DNA of 63,840 bases, filler included, from Octopus bimaculoides (lineage: Eukaryota): the NCBI RefSeq assembly GCF_001194135.2. It is 7 parts of 6 records of this genome, joined end to end, with 100 filler letters (N's around TTAATTAATTAA, not from the genome) between each part and the next. Parts side by side here need not be neighbours in the genome. Positions count along the whole stretch, not along the records: positions 61,570 to 63,840 come from NC_068996.1; 6 more parts are not named here. One strand, given 5' to 3'. Positions 63,528 to 63,840 of the stretch are shown here, in pieces; the stretch's first letter is position 1; each line of letters begins with the position of its first letter. A program made the translations under genes and the position numbers. The notes beneath the pieces are model-generated. The model saw only the letters and a list, made by a program, of their open reading frames with translations, ran no database searches and was not told the origin of the DNA.

Positions 63528-63684
63528 TATAGCTGTGTGGTAAGTAGTTCGCTAACCAATCACATGGTTCCGGGATCGGACTCATTGCGTGTCTCTTTGG
63601 GCAAATGTCTTCTACTATAGCCTCCGGCCGACCAACGACTGGTGAGTAGATTTGATAAACGGAAACTGAGAGGAGCTCGTTGTA

Positions 63685-63731
<47 letters not shown>

Positions 63732-63840
63732 CTGTGTGTGTGTTGTGTGTGTTTTTGTCCCGCCTCCACCATCGCTTGACAACCGATGCTAGTGTGGTTA
63801 CGTCCCCGTAACTTAGCGGTTCGGCAATAATAACTGATAG
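63528..63840 (+). mobile_element. SINE family C, cut by the window end
   Basis: Head GCTGTGTGGTAAGTAGTTCGCTAACCAATCACATGGTTCCGGG, central (TG)n. Confidence 0.85.

Overview
Eukaryotic, AT-rich, gap-ridden and repeat-dominated genomic DNA. It is very probably from an octopus/coleoid cephalopod; this is inferred from the SINE families and extreme microsatellite load, not proven. One host gene is supported: MMACHC/CblC (vitamin B12 processing, + strand), with three coding exons at 23101-23295, 27910-28062 and 28626-28934. These match human exons 2-4 in length and phase as I recall the human gene. Exon 1 was not found. The rest is transposon debris: non-LTR remnants (R4/Dong, Tx1/L1-like, RTE, CR1), several Penelope-like (PLE) remnants, mariner/Tc1 and hAT-type DNA elements, at least five tRNA-derived SINE families (some with clean target-site duplications, TSDs), microsatellites and assembly artefacts. 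Almost all ORFs in the supplied track are microsatellite, gap or TE artefacts, and the track largely misses the real gene. Best leads: (1) a tRNA-headed SINE-like element ending in a minimal hammerhead ribozyme (14956-15153); (2) an inverted pair of degenerate hammerheads whose CpG-type mutations complement each other (58837-59010); (3) the MMACHC PNRRP loop reads APQHY, with both Arg positions one A-to-G change from Arg (possible restorative RNA editing); (4) a (TTAGGG)2 insert inside a 17-bp direct repeat (53898-53943); (5) a 73-bp near-perfect inverted repeat (36950-37128). Repeat boundaries are approximate unless a TSD or TIR is cited. No database searches were run. SINE family letters are my own labels.
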